DNA of 64,000 nt. Source: Selaginella moellendorffii (lineage: Eukaryota; Plantae; Lycopodiophyta). Under the pieces are notes generated by a model. It saw nothing but the letters and a program-made list of their open reading frames with translations. It did not search any database and was not told the DNA's origin. Both the position numbers and the translations under genes were made by a program. Positions 12,080 through 26,236 of this stretch are shown piece by piece. Position 1 is the first letter of the stretch. Each line of letters begins with the position of its first letter. The stretch covers positions 4,316,349 to 4,380,348 of the forward strand of contig NW_003314262.1 of NCBI RefSeq assembly GCF_000143415.4, given 5' to 3'.

Positions 12080-13850
12080 TGGCCGTGAGTGGCACTACCT
12101 AAACCCAGAGTTTAGGGCTGCCTGGAATCATTTAGAATTGACACTTCTATGGTTGCTACATCATAGCTCAATGCTTCTACTTCTGGAATTGACCAGCATT
12201 AGAATTATTCTAGAGCTTCCACGATCGAGACCAAAAAAGTAATTGAGCACAATTTTCCTTTTTTCTTGCAGTTTCAATATGACAATCAGGAAGAAGTCAA
12301 TCATAAGTGTCAGTAGCTAGAATGCTGGGAGAAGGTGTCTTGATGGGCTGGCCACACAATCAATAATAGTGGCTGCTAACTTGGCCCTAAACCACAGTAA
12401 TCTGTGTTTGTTTGGGTTTGTGGACACCATCAGAGTGGCAGAGCTGGAGCTAGAGCCAGCCTTCAACACGGCCAGAATCATCAGAGCCCTATTCTTCCGT
12501 AAGAGAGAACAAGCCCAAGGTGAGTTCTCAAAGCCATAGCTTGCAAACCCACCTCTCACAACCCAAGTGTCATTGTATTCTCCAAAACTTTGACGAGCTT
12601 CCCATTGAGCTCCTTGCCTTCTCCAGCTGCCAGGCCCTTGAAAGCAGCAGCGTAGCTTGCATCATCTGTTACACAGTTGCCCACATCCTCATCAAGATGC
12701 ATATACCTCCTAGTGCCTACTGGCTAAAACTTGAACTCTTCTAATGTTGCAAAAGCCTCCTTTAACTTGCCTCTTGTACCCTTGTTTCTGCTGTGCCACT
12801 TTGAGATTCTATAGCTGCTGGTGGTGGAATCTCTCCAACATGTTCTTCTTCATTTATACATTCTAAATATTGCATTGCTAGCCTTCAAAACATCCCCTCT
12901 TCCCTTGAAAAAGACTTCCCATCTTCTATGCAGTAAATTCAAAAGATTCCAAAAAATCTAGAACACAAACTTGTCATTATTGAAAATGACATGAATTGAT
13001 ATGCCCTTTCACAAAACACGTAAGAGGTGTCCTCTAGCAACTCTTCCAATGGTTTGTATGTGTGCCTCTCATTGATATCCATTCAATATGTATAAGTGGA
13101 TCATCCAAAATTGTATTCGTAGCAGATGGATTGGAGCAAGGTGAACATTAAATTTTTCTCTCGAGTTGCCCAGGGCCACTATGTTCCCAGCCAATTGCAA
13201 GATTCCCTTGCCCAGCTCATCACAAGAGGGTGGTAATCCTTTTCTTGCATCAAAACTCTTCTCTGGCTGTTCCAACTCTTTGGAGATGTCCTCCAACAGC
13301 GTAGCATAATTGGAGGTACTCACCATGCATGAAAGGTTTGTGCTTTGGTTTTTCGTGTGCAGTGAAAGAGTCTACAGAATTTAGCCAAGCTCTCCCACTC
13401 AAGCAAACAGTTCAGATATTCTTCAACAGACTTAGATAGCAACAACAAGGCTTGAATTGCAGTTGTTCGAAAAGATTTTACTAAAATGAAAACACACTAA
13501 TTCCTAAAACCAAAGTGTTGCAGTTTTCCAAGAAGCAAACCTGACCTCCCATCACTCCAGCATCACCTCCAAGATTGAAATTCTTGAATGATGCTACCAT
13601 GTTTAACTCATGACATCCTTTTTACATGCTTTTACCATGTTCCTCAGTATTGATCTTATGCTAAACTCTTGAGATCTCCAATTCTTTCCTATCAAAATTC
13701 TGATCTCCCACTACAACAATGATGGTTTGCTACCACCTCCATACTTTGCTAGTGAAGCTTCTAGACCTCCCATGTTGATCAAACCATAGTTTACACTCTC
13801 CAACCTTGATCTCAACAATAAGAAACAAGAATAAATAAAAGAAAACACGA
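12080..13850 (-). mobile_element. Degenerate transposon-like relic (possibly hAT)
   Basis: Broken coding-like fragments (KPFMHGEYL, HLAPIHLL, GCERxxGF) with AT-rich flanks; family uncertain. Confidence 0.35.
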
Positions 13851-13952
13851 CAAAAAGAAACTGTGTGCTATTGACTTGAACCTTTAAAATAATATGCGGC
13901 ATAGTTTTGAGCTTAATCTCATATTCTCTGGAATGTTTCTAAGATTTTAAGA

Positions 13953-15124
13953 ATGGCTCTCATAGCAGCTCCAAAGTTCTACAGCATCGAGTCCATTGTT
14001 TATCTTGGCTACTTCATTACTCAGCACGGCACCCAGATTGTTCTCAAGTCCAAGGACGTGCTCAATCCCTTCTGATCATCAAACTAAATGATCTTTGTCC
14101 TTGTGCAGTTGTGGTACAGAGACGAGTCTTGGCAGTACCTGAGCAGGATGTCACTGGCCTTCTCTGCTCCCAGTTATCCTCAACATCTCGGAGCGTTGTC
14201 AAGGTATAAATTACTGCATGCTTGTCTCACACTTCATTGGTCTAAATGAAATCTTCAAGGCAACTGTTGGAGACTATGATCCGGTAGTTGAGGACGATCC
14301 TCTCCTCTGGTCTGTATCCGCAAGCTCGGACGATCAAGTCTCCATCACAATGACTGGGAATTCGTCCGTGTTCTTGAGCCACACTTCTTCAAGTTCCAGC
14401 TTTAAAGACGGGGTGCCAGTGGTGACATCCACTCCCAGTGGAAGCTCGTCACTTACGGTAAGCTCATGAATCATATGACTTGCTCGTCTCGGTTATGCTT
14501 ATATAATCTCTTTGTGCCACAGTGCCTTCTCAAGATCACAGGATCTTGTGTCACTGGTTTCGAAATTACTTGACTTGGAAGCAGCAAAATGTGGACGTAA
14601 CTTTCAAGGATGCAATCAAGCACAACGACGAGACAGACGTGGTCCAAACAACATTTCTCTTGACGGCATGGTTTGTAACTTCGATCTGACACTATCATCT
14701 TGGATCTCACATGTGTTATCATAATAGATATGGTACAAGGTTCCCGCCGGAGGCCGAGACGATACCACGTACTTCACCTCGTTCAGACTGGTTTAGCACT
14801 CAAAGGGTCGACAAAGCCGGGAGACAAGGTAGTCTTTGAAAACTTCGAGGAACCTTTGCAAACTAAACTTGGACGATCATCGCAGGTGCTCTTGACTCAA
14901 TATGATCCTCTCGACTACGGTTTCGTGTGGTCTGAGAACCGGTTCCAGGCTTCAAACACGGACTATCTCGCGATCAATCTGGATGGAACAAACTTGCAGT
15001 GGGCTCTGCAGAACGATGACCAGTACCAGAACAGTGCGTGGTACCATCCTCTCACGCTCTGCCTGGCATCTGCAAACCAAAGCAGCAGGCCTGGAAATTC
15101 AATCCAGTGGTGGCAGGCAGTTAA
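13953..15124 (+). pseudogene. EUL-like lectin, type C pseudogene
   Basis: First donor lost (CCC TTC TGA); deletions and frameshifts in exons 2-6. Confidence 0.85.
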
Positions 15125-15174
15125 CCATGAACCATGCTGAACCATGCTGTTCTTGCAAATAAAACTCCCTGTTT

Positions 15175-15797
15175 GTTCATGATCGGCTCGATCATCGTCT
15201 CCGCAAACACGATGATCTCAGGCTAATCTCCGCCAAGATCGCCTCAGCTCGCAGGATCTTCGAGATGTCCCGCGACTTCGTAAGCCCAGAGCGGCGATGT
15301 CTAGATTCTTCCACTCCATGCCCGCTCGCAGCGGCGTCTTGTGCTCCAGGCCTGGGCAGAAAGATCTTGTTGGATCGAAGTCCTGTCTCTTGGAACTGTC
15401 TCTTGGGTGATCGCGATTTACGGCCAAGCTGGTCGCATCGTCCGGTCCCTCAAGATCATTCACAGCTTCCACCTGAAAGGAATGCTGCCGGATCAAGCCA
15501 CGTTCGTCTGCGTTCTAGCTGCGTGTAGCCACGCTGGTCTGCTCGAAGTTGCGTACGAGAACTTCTGCTCCATCACTGTGAACTACGGGCTTTCCTTGCT
15601 CGAAGATCACTGCCGCTGCATGGTTGATCTCCTCGGATGCTCAGGCCAGCAGGAAGAGGCCGATGCATGCCATCGCAGCCGGGGAGCTCTGCCTGGACGA
15701 GCCTGTTAGCTTCTTGCCGGATCCATAGTGACGCACGGCGAGCTGCCAGAGCCGGGCGGTATGCTAAAGCGCCAGTTTTGCGTCCTCGTCGAGAGTC
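15175..15797 (+). pseudogene. PPR remnant
   Basis: Same motifs as 5765-6385. Confidence 0.85.
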
Positions 15798-15798
15798 A

Positions 15799-17825
15799 CT
15801 AAGATTTTTTTTGTTTCCCATGGCTGCGCTGCTGCTCCTGCTGTGGTCTGATGCACACCAGGTCCTCGAGCTTGTTGCCATCGATCTTGTACATCGTGAC
15901 GCCTTCCATGGCGCGGTAATGGTGTTCAGCTTGACTTCTCAGGGAGTTCACGCTTGTTTTCTCCCACTTTGCGTAGTTTGAGTTCTTGCGGGTCTCGCTC
16001 ATGTCTTTTGATCCTGACAGGCGTCCATTTCGAGATGAACTTCCCCATACTTTGCAGTTCTTGAAAGCTCCCTGGTCTTTGCCTGGCTTTCGTTTGAGTC
16101 CCATTGCTGCGTAGTAGGCTGCGTTTACTGTCGCTCGGGTCGGAATGACCGACCAGTCTTGCTTTCTGGCTTCTCGCATTGGAGAATGCAGCCTCATTGT
16201 CTGTATACACGGAGATTGTCAACGATAATCAATAGTCGTTCTTCTTACCCCGAGGCATTCCAACAGTTGATAGTAGGCTCTGCCTTGTAGTGGATTGTGT
16301 CCCTTGCGAGGAGCCGAGAAGTAACGAGTCCTATAGATGAAAAGAATGGTACAATGATAAGAAGTTGGAAGGAGTGTGACTCAATACCATTCCGTGTAGC
16401 CTGGATCCACCGTAAAACCATACATATCCACCGAGTCACACATTGACAAGGCGAGCTCCAAAGACTTAATGCCTGTCCCTTTCGCTCCCCGACGGAAAAC
16501 TACACCTTGGAACAAGTAGACAGGATTCGGAAGAAGCTGCAAAAGATAAAACTCAGTTAGCAAACAGCATAGCAAGCGTCAAAGGCCTATTACTTTTATT
16601 TTAGCGTTGAAGTCCCGATGGATAACACTCTTGATAATCAACACTTCATCATCTGCAAAAATCCTCTTTTGCATTAAACTTCTACTACGTACCAGATCCC
16701 TTTGCAACCTCAAGCAGGTTTCTTACTACTCCACGAGCCATCAACCGCAAACTCCGTTTCATGCCAACATGCTTTGCGTATTTCTGTGAAATGGAAGCAA
16801 CTTTTGCGAGCTCAGTAGTACGCAACCTTTGTGAGGTGATTACCGTGGTCACTGGTGCCTCATTGTCTCGGATGACAATATCGTGAGCATCTATCTCCTT
16901 TCCAAACTCCGTCTTTAAAAGGTCTCCCGAGTTCCCCACCACCGCACACGTCCTAGACTGGTGCGGCCAAAACGGTGGCTTTGGCGGTAGTATCAACTCG
17001 AGATGTTCTTCGCACAGGCTTCGATTGGAACAGTTAGCTGCACCCCTGCACAACTATATAAAAAACTTCCATCAACGTCAAGCTTAGCTTACAGTTGAGC
17101 TATTCGTTTTGCAGCGTGGTCCATCCAGCCATCGGGACGTGCATCCAAATACTCGCGAGTCAATATCGTTGTGACGTTTCGATACTGCAAACTCAAAAGC
17201 GTTATTTGAATCAAGAGCAAAATTTGCAGCAAAGTACCTGTTCCCACAGGAGCAGCGTCTCGCAGACGTCAAATTCATACTCCAGTGGCTCGTAGATTTT
17301 GAACTGCTCATTACGCTGTACCGAGTAAACTTGTAAGCTTCGATCACGCAAAAACATTTCTAGTTACCTACCCAGGTACTATTTGTTCCCTCCGGATATT
17401 TCAGAACGATCTTGCAAGCATCCTTCACGGTTGCAGTCAATCCAAGCCCATTTCTTTCCTGTAAAAAGAAAGCATTGAAGTTTCACTACTCTCCAACGAA
17501 GAAAACAAAGGAAAAGAACATATAAGATCGAGAAAACTTACCACGCATTTTTGGACTTGGCGCTGGAACGAATCAAGCGTAGAAGCGTCTCGATCTCACA
17601 AGAAAAAGAAAAATCCCGGGCGCTGCAAGCCTACATTTCTCCCGCAACAAAGATCGATCGATCCACATCCAACAATCGCAGCGAGATACCTTCCAAGAAG
17701 AAGAGCCCTTGGGGCGCCAGGAAGAGGAGGCAGATCAGGGACACCAGCGCCGCAATCGCGAGTGGGAGCGACAGTAGCAAGGCTCGCTGCTGTCGCTGCT
17801 TCTTGCGCGGCTGCTTCCACGCCAT
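15799..17825 (-). CDS. GT29 sialyltransferase-like protein (MGP2/SIA2 clade), apparently intact multi-exon gene
   Basis: N-terminal TM segment; [43 protein letters not shown], sialylmotif [67 protein letters not shown]. Intron 1 needs a GAG acceptor. Confidence 0.85.
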
Positions 17826-17910
17826 TTTTCTCCTACGCACTGATCGAGCGAGTAAACCTAGCTCGCTCCGCTGTCAGATTAAAGAAGACTCAGTTAATTA
17901 ACATGTTAAT

Positions 17911-17942
17911 GGAGGGTCCGATAGGTCACCAGTTTGCCTCCT
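17911..17942 (+). pseudogene. Collapsed tRNA-Cys remnant
   Basis: ggagggtccgataggtcaccagtttgcctcct at the position equivalent to the tRNA at 28354. Confidence 0.65.
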
Positions 17943-18392
17943 TCGCCAAATAAACAAAACAAATCTGTCATTTATACGCCTAAAATAATGATTTCTAAGT
18001 TTTTATATTATTAACTTACATTTATTATTATTACTAATTTTCATCTTTTTATGACTTTACCCTTATCAATAAATAAATTTAATATTTGTTATATATTATA
18101 TCACTAATATATTCATTAAAAATTATTTTAAAACATTTTTTATTACACCATGGATAGGCTTATAACTCAACCTTTCAACCAACGCTACCAGGCACAAAAA
18201 ACACATGGGATATGGCAGGCACAAAATCAGTGTAAGAAGCGTAAGGAAGTGGAAGGCAGTGTGAAACACATGGGATAATGCGAGAGAAGCTTGCCACTAT
18301 ATAAATTGGCATACGTTCAAAGAGCTCTATAACTTCACACTCATCCCTTTGGCTTCTCAAAAGCTTTAGTCTTTTCTTAAGAGTTTAGAGAC

Positions 18393-19680
18393 ATGGCTCT
18401 CACAGCAGCTCCAAAGTTCTACACCATCGAGTCCGCTGCTTATCCTGGCTATTGCATTACTCAGCAAGGCACCCAGATTGTTCTCAGGTCCAAGGACGCG
18501 CTCAACCCCTTCCAGGTAAAATCTTTGAAAATCTTTGCCGGTTGTCGATCATCATGGGAAACTCTTGTGCAGCTGTGGTACCGGGATGAGTCATGGAACT
18601 TGCTGAACCAGGACTCCGCGTTCGTGTTTGTAAACCACGGCTCTAAGAAAGCTCTCCGGTCCCAGGCACACTCAACGTCTCGAAGCAAGGTAAACAGAAA
18701 ACAGTATTCATACTATACACTGTTGCTGATCATATGGAATTTTGATGGCAAAAGGCTACTATTGGAGACTATGATCCGGCAGTCCAAGACGATTATCTCC
18801 TGTGGCGTATTTCCGGGAGCCACGAAAATCAAGTCTTGATCACCATGACTGGAAACAAGTCATTTTTTCTGAGCCACACTTCCTCAAGTGCTAGCTTCAA
18901 GGATGGGGTGCCAGTGGTGACATCCAACAGCGATGGAAACTCTCACTGGAAGCTCGTCACTTACGGTAAGCTCATGAATCATATGATTTGTTCTTCTCGG
19001 TTGTGGCTCATATATATGATGATGATGCACAGAGCCTTCTCAAGAGTACAGGATTCTATGCCACTGGGTTGGGCAGTACTTGACTTGGAAGCAGCAAAAT
19101 GTGGATGTAACTTTCAAGAATGCAATCAAGCACAACGACGAGACAAATGTGGTGGCTATTCATCCAAGCAACGTTCCTCTCGACGGCATGGTTTGTACTT
19201 TTGTCGTTCTTTGTAATCTTATCTCATTCTATTTGATTACATATAGACATGGTACAAGGTTCCCGCTGGAGGAAGAGATGATACCACGTACTTCACCTCG
19301 TTCGTTCTCATAAACAAGGTGACTGGTCTTGCTCTCAAGGGGTCAACCAAGCCGGGAGACAAGGTAACTAGTGCACACTGTTGAAAACTTGAAGAAGTTT
19401 GCAAACTAAACGAATTGGATGATCATGGCAGGTGCTCTTGACTCAATATGATCCTCTCGACTACGGTTTCGTGTGGTCTGAGAACCGATTCCAGGCTTCA
19501 CTCACGGACCATCTCGCGATCAATCTGGATGGAACCAACTTGCAGTGGGCTCTGCAGAACGACGATCAGTACCAGAACAGTGCGTGGTATCATCCTCTCG
19601 TGCTTCGCCCGGCATCTGCAAACCAAGTATTTAATACGCAGCAGGCCTGGAAATTCAATCCAGTGGTGGCAGGGAATTGA
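18393..19680 (+). CDS. Two-domain EUL-like lectin, type A, intact
   Basis: Near-identical to 7980-9266. Confidence 0.85.
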
Positions 19681-19896
19681 CTATCAGCCATGTTGTATAC
19701 ATAAGGGACACGCTTACCACTTTTCTTCTTGCAAATAACAAGACTTTTCACGGGAAAAAGAAGCTGAGCACTCCCCATTTGTTTCCTTTTCCCATGGAAG
19801 CCATGAGTTTTCGTTCATTTCCAGTGTCTGCAAGGATCGACGATTTAAGAAAAAACAAAAACATTATGACTATCGACTATCATTCCATATAGACCA

Positions 19897-20540
19897 TAAA
19901 ACCATACATATCCACCGAGTCTAGAATTTACTACGTACCAGATCCCTTTGCAACCTCAAGCAGGTTTCTTACAACTCCACGAGCATCAACCGAAAACTCC
20001 GTTTCATGGCAACATGCTTTGTGTATTTCTGTGAAATGTAAAATAAATAAATAAATCAACTTTTGTGAGCTCTCAGTAAGATGCAAGCTCTAGATGATTA
20101 CCGTGGTCACTGGTGCCTCATTGTCTCAGATGACAATATCGCGAGCATCTATGTCCTTTCCAAACTCCGTCTTCCAAGTTTCCCACCTGTCTCAAACTGG
20201 CGCGGCCAAAACAATGGCTTTGGCGATAGTATATGTTCTTGGAACAGTTAGCTGCACCCCTGCACAACGATATAAAAAACTTCCATCAACGTGAAGCTTA
20301 GCTTACAGTTGTGCTATTCGTTTCGCAGCGTAGTCCATCCAGCCATCGGGAAGTTTCCGATGCTGCAACCTCAAAGTGTTACTTCCAGAGCAATGAAGAG
20401 CAAGAAAGACCGATCAATTCACATCCAACAATCGCGGCAAGATCTTGCCTCACCTTCGCAGATCAGGGACGCCAGCGCCGCAATCGCTGCCGGCTGCTTC
20501 TACGCCATTTCTCGCTCCCTCCTCCCTCGCATTCTCTGTC
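19897..20540 (-). pseudogene. Heavily deleted GT29 remnant
   Basis: Copy of 9488-10130. Confidence 0.8.
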
Positions 20541-20548
20541 AACCTAGC

Positions 20549-20597
20549 CAATCGCCTGCAGTCCGATAGGTGACTAGTTCGATCCTAGTTGCCTCCT
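20549..20597 (+). pseudogene. tRNA-Cys 3' remnant
   Basis: Copy of 10141-10189. Confidence 0.75.
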
Positions 20598-20679
20598 TAT
20601 CCGATGAATCCCATGCGCTCCACGAGGTTGTGGTGGTACAAAATGGGCCTAGATCTCAGAGTTACTCTAGATCTTAAGA

Positions 20680-21953
20680 ATGGAACCTCTCACAGCAGTT
20701 CCAAAGCTCTACACCATCGAGTCCACTGCTTATCCTGGCTACTGCATTACTCAGCAAGGCACCCAGATTGTTCTCAAGTTCAAGGATGCGCTCAATCCCT
20801 TCCAAGTATCAATCTGTATCAATCCAGATCTAGCATCTTGGTTTTGATCTCTTGTGCAGCTCTGGTACAGGGATGAGTCATGGCAGTTCCTGGGCGAGGA
20901 TAACAGTGACCCCTCCGCGTTGGTGTTTATAAACCACGGCTCCAAGAAAGCTCTTCGCTCCCAGTCATCCTCAACTTCCCGGAGCATTGCCAAGGTATAT
21001 AAATCACTACAAGTTTGTCTCACACTTGAATTTTTCTCTATCCAGCTTACTGTTGGAGATTATGATCCGGCAGTCGAGAACAATTCTCTCCTCTGGTCTA
21101 TTTCCGGAAGCTCGGACGATCAAGTCTTCGTCACAGAGACTGGGAATTCGTCCGTGTTTTTGAGCCACACTTCGTCTTCGAGGTCCAGCTTTAAAGACGG
21201 GGTGCCAGTGGTGACATCTGCCCAGGGTGAAAACTCTAGGTGGAAGATCGTTGCTTATGGTAATCCTCTAGACTTGTGGTCAATTCCTTTTGATTTTCTC
21301 GTTGTGCTGCACAGTGCCTTCTCAAGTGTACAGAATTCTGTGTCACTGGTTTGGGAATTACTTGACTTGGAAGCAGCAAAATGTGGATGTAACTTTCAAG
21401 AATGCAATCAAGCACAACGACGAGACAAACGTGGTGGCTGTTAGTCCAAACAACATTTCTCTCGACGGCATGGTTTGTGACTTTGTCTGACACTATCATC
21501 TTGGATCTCATTTGTATTATTGTAATAGGCATGGTTCAAGGTTCCTGCTGGTGGCCGAGACAATACCACGTACTTTACCTCGTTTATCCTAATAAACAAG
21601 ACTGGTCTAGCACTCAAAGGGTCAACCAAGCCAGGAGACAAGGTAAGTCCTAAAACTTTTGAAGGACTTTGCAGGCTAAACGAAATTTACCTTTTTCATG
21701 GCAGGTGCTCTTGACTCAATATGATCCTCTCGACTACGGTTTTGTGTGGTCTGAGAACCGATTCCAGGCTTCAAACACGGACTATATGGCCATCAATCTG
21801 GATGGAACGAACTTGCAGTGGTCTCTGCAGAACGACGATCAGTACCAGAACAGTGCGTGGTATCATCCTCTCGTTCTTCGCCCGGCATCTGCAAACCAAG
21901 GATATGTTGAGCAGCAGACCTGGAAATTCAATCCAGTGGTGAACAATGTTTAG
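20680..21953 (+). CDS. Two-domain EUL-like lectin, type B, intact
   Basis: Near-identical to 10272-11545, with a few replacements (e.g. LSEDNSDL to LGEDNSDP). Confidence 0.82.
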
Positions 21954-22494
21954 CTGGGAATTTTATGTTCATAAATGAGATGAGAAGATGCTAGATGTAT
22001 GCATGAAAGTTCATATGAATAATTACAGTTCTAAATGTTGAATCAGCTGCAGTATGATCAATATGTCATCAGTTTTTGTAATCAATTCATATACTTCCCA
22101 ACAAAACGAATGTGTTTTAGGTTGACAAAAATGGAGCTAGGTGAGCCAAGACGGTTTACTAAAAAATATTCTCTATTAGCGTTCTTCAAATATGCTAAAA
22201 ATATTCTTAAAATTTGAAATATTTTGTCATTATAGCTATATATTAAATCATATATTAATAACAACTATACCTTATGTTGTAACTATAAACTATTTTATAA
22301 TATAAGATATTATCATAATTACAAATTATATCTCAATCCTTACAAAATCCACACAATCTATACATATAGAAGTATTATGTTGCTTTCTCCTTCTCTCTCA
22401 CTTTTTTGCCTTTCTTTCTTCATTCTCTTGTGTATGATCATTGATAATGAAAGTTGACTTCTCTTTAATACACTTTAATACACTAAAAAATCGA

Positions 22495-24290
22495 ATGGCT
22501 GTGAGTGGCACTACCTAAACCCAGAATTTAGGGTTGCCCGGAATCATTTAGAATTGACACTTCTATAGTTGTTACATCATAGCTCAATGCTTCTACTTTT
22601 GGAATTGACCAGCATTAGAATTACTCTAGAGCTTCCAAGATCGAGACCAAAAAAGTAAGTCAGGCATTGACATTGAGTACAATTTTCCTTTTTTCTTGCA
22701 GTTTCAATGTGACAAACAGGAAGAAGCCAGTCATAGGTATCAGTAGCTAGAATGCTGGGAGAAGGTGTCTTGATGGGCTGGCCACACAATCAATAATAGT
22801 GGCCACTAATTTGGCCCTAAACCACAGTAATCTGGCCTTAATAGACATTTGAGACGTGTTTGTTTGGGTTTGTGGACACCATTGAGCGGCAGAGCTGGAG
22901 CCAGAGCCAGCCTTCAAGACGGCCAGAATCATCAGAGCCATGTTCTTCCGTAAGAGAGAACAAGCCCAAGGTGAGTTCTCAAAGCCATAGCTTGCAAACC
23001 CTATCCACCTCTCACAACCCAAGCGTCATTGTATTCTCCAAAACTTTGACGAGCTTCCCATTGAGCTCCTTGCCTTCTCCAGCTGCCAGGCCCTTGAAAG
23101 CAGCAGCATAGCTTGCATCATCTGTTACACAGTTGCCCACATCCTCATCAAGATGCATATACCTCCTAGTGCCTACTGGCTAAAACTTGAACTCTTCTAA
23201 TGTTGCAAAAGCCTCCTTTAACTTGCCTCTTGTACCCTTGTTTCTGCTGTGCCACTTTGAGATTCTATAGCTGCTGGTGGTGGAATCTCTCCAACATGTT
23301 CTTCTTCATTTATACATTCTAAATATTGCATTGCTAGCCTTCAAAACATCCCCTCTTCCCTTGAAAAAGACTTCCCATCTTCTATGGAGTAAATTCAAAA
23401 GATTCCAAAAAATCTAAAACACAAACTTGTCATTATTGAAAATGACATGAATTGATATGCCCTTTTACAAAACACGTAAGAGGTGTCCTCTAGCAACTCT
23501 TCCAATGGTTTGTATGTGTGCCTCTCATTGATATCCATTCAATATGTATAAGTGGATCATCCAAAATTGTATTTGTAGCAGATGGATTGGAGCAAGGTGA
23601 ACATTAAATTTTTCTCTTGAGTTGCCCAGGGCCACTATGTTCCCAGCCAATTGCAAGATTCCCTTGCCCAGCTCATCGCAAGAGGGTGGTAAGCCTTTTC
23701 TTGCATCAAAACTCTTCTCTGGCTGCTCCAACTCTTTGGAGATGTCCTCCAACAGCATAGCTAATTGGAGGTACTCACCATGCATGAAAGGTTTGTGCTT
23801 TGGTTTTTCATGTGCAGTGAAAGAGTCTACAGAATTTAGCCAAGCTCTCCCACTCAAGCAAACAGTTCAGATATTCTTCAACACACTTAGATAGCAACAA
23901 CAAGGCTTGAATTGCAATTGTTCGAAAAGATTTTACTAAAATGAAAACACACTAATTCCTAAAACCAAAGTGTTGCAGTTTTCCAAGAAGCAAACCTGAC
24001 CTCCCATCACTCCAGCAGCACCTCCAAGATTGAAATTCTTGAATGATGCTACCATGTTTAACTCATGACATCCTTTTTACATGCTTTTAGCGTATTGATC
24101 TTATGCTAAACTCTTGAGATCTCCAATTCTTTCCTATCAAAATTCTGATCTCCCACTACAACAATGATGGTTTGCTACCACCTCCATACTTTGCTAGTGA
24201 AGCTTCTAGACCTCCCATGTTGATCAAACCATAGTTTACACTCTCCAACCTTGATCTTAACAATAAGATACAAGAATAAATAAAAGAAAA
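22495..24290 (-). mobile_element. Degenerate transposon-like relic (duplicate of 12080-13850)
   Basis: High identity to 12.1-13.9 kb. Confidence 0.35.
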
Positions 24291-24410
24291 CATGACAAAA
24301 AGAAACTGTATGCTATTGACTTGAACCTTTAAAAATAGTATGCGGCATAGTTTTGAGCTTAATCTCAGTCCAGCTTCTATATTCTCTGGAATGTTTCTAA
24401 GATTTTAAGA

Positions 24411-25554
24411 ATGGCTCTCATAGCAGCTCCAAAGTTCTACAGCATCGAGTCCATTGCTTATCTTGGCTACTTCATTACTCAGCACGGCACCCAGATTGTT
24501 CTCAAGTCCAAGGACGTGCTCAGTCCCTTCTGATCATCAAACTAAATGATCTTTGTCCTTGTGCAGTTGTGGTACAGAGACGAGTCTTGGCAGTACCTGA
24601 GCAGGATGTCACTGGCCTTCTCTGCTCCCAGTTATCCTCAACATCTCGGAGCGTTGTCAAGGTATAAAGTACTGCATGCTTGTCTCACACTTCATTGGTC
24701 TAAATGAAATCTTCAAGGCAACTGTTGGAGACTATGATCCGGTAGTTGAGGACGATCCTCTCCTCTGGTCTGTATCCGCAAGCTCGGACGATCAAGTCTC
24801 CATCACAATGACTGGGAATTCGTCCGTGTTCTTGAGCCACACTTCTTCAAGTTCCAGCTTTAAAGACGGGGTGCCAGTGGTGACATCCACCCATGGTGGA
24901 AACTCCCAGTGGAAGCTCGTCACTTACGGTAAGCTCATGAATCATATGACTTGCTCGTCTCGGTTATGCTTATATAATCTCTTTGTGCCACAGTGCCTTC
25001 TCAAGATCACACTGGTTTCGAAATTACTTGACTTGGAAGCAGCAAAATGTGGACGTAACTTTCAAGGATGCAATCAAGCACAACGACGAGACAAACGTGG
25101 TCCAAACAACATTTCTCTTGACGGCATGGTTTGTAACTTCGATCTGACACTATCATCTTGGATCTCACATGTGTTATCATAATAGATATGGTACAAGGTT
25201 CCCGCCGGAGGCCGAGACGATACCACGTACTTCACCGTTCAGACTGGTTTAGCACTCAAAGGGTCGACAAAGCCGGGAGACAAGGTACTCTTCGAGGAAC
25301 CTTTGCAAACTAAACTTGGACGATCATCGCAGGTGCTCTTGACTCAATATGATCCTCTCGACTACGGTTTCGTGTGGTCTGAGAACCGATTCCAGGCTTC
25401 AAACACGGACTATCTCGCGATCAATCTGGATGGAACAAATTTGCAGTGGGCTCTGCAGAACGATGATCAGTACCAGAACAGTGCGTGGTACCGGCATCTG
25501 CAAACCAAGGATATCTAGGCCTGGAAATTCAATCCAGTGGTGGCAGGCAGTTAA
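24411..25554 (+). pseudogene. EUL-like lectin, type C pseudogene
   Basis: Same lost first donor and TGA as 13953; 3' deletion shared with copy 1. Confidence 0.85.
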
Positions 25555-25611
25555 CCATGAACCATGCTGTACTCATTACCAGTTTTCTTCTTGCAAATAA
25601 AACTCCCTGTT

Positions 25612-26235
25612 TGATCATGATCGGCTCGATCATCGTCTCTGCAAACACGATGATCTCAGGCTAATCTCCGGCAAGATCGCCTCAGCTCCCAGGATCTTCG
25701 AGATGTCCCCCGACTTCGTAAGCCCAAAGCGGCGATGTCTAGATTCTTCCACACCATGCCGGCTCGCAGCGGCGTCTTGTGCTCCAGGCCTGGCCAGAAA
25801 GATCTTGTTGGATCGAAGTCCTGTCTCTTGGAACTGTCTCTTGGATGATCGCGATTTACGGCCAAGCTGGTCGAATCGTCCGGTCCATCAAGATCATCCA
25901 CAGCTTCCACCTGAAAGGAATGCTGCCGGATCAAGCCACGTTCGTCTGCGTTCTAGCTGCGTGTAGCCACGCTGGTCTGCTCGAAGTTGCGTACGAGAAC
26001 TTCTGCTCCATCACTGTGAACTACGGGCTTTCCTTGCTCGAAGATCACTGCCGCTGCATGGTTGATCTCCTCGGATGCTCAGGCCAGCAGGAAGAGGCCG
26101 ATGCATGCCATCGCAGCCGGGGAGCTCTGCCTGGACGAGCCTGTTAGCTTCTTGCCGGATCCATAGTGACGCACGGCGAGCTGCCAGAGCCGGGCGGTAT
26201 GCTAAAGCGCCAGTTTTGCGTCCTCGTCGAGAGTC
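25612..26235 (+). pseudogene. PPR remnant
   Basis: Same motifs as the other copies. Confidence 0.85.
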
Positions 26236-26236
26236 A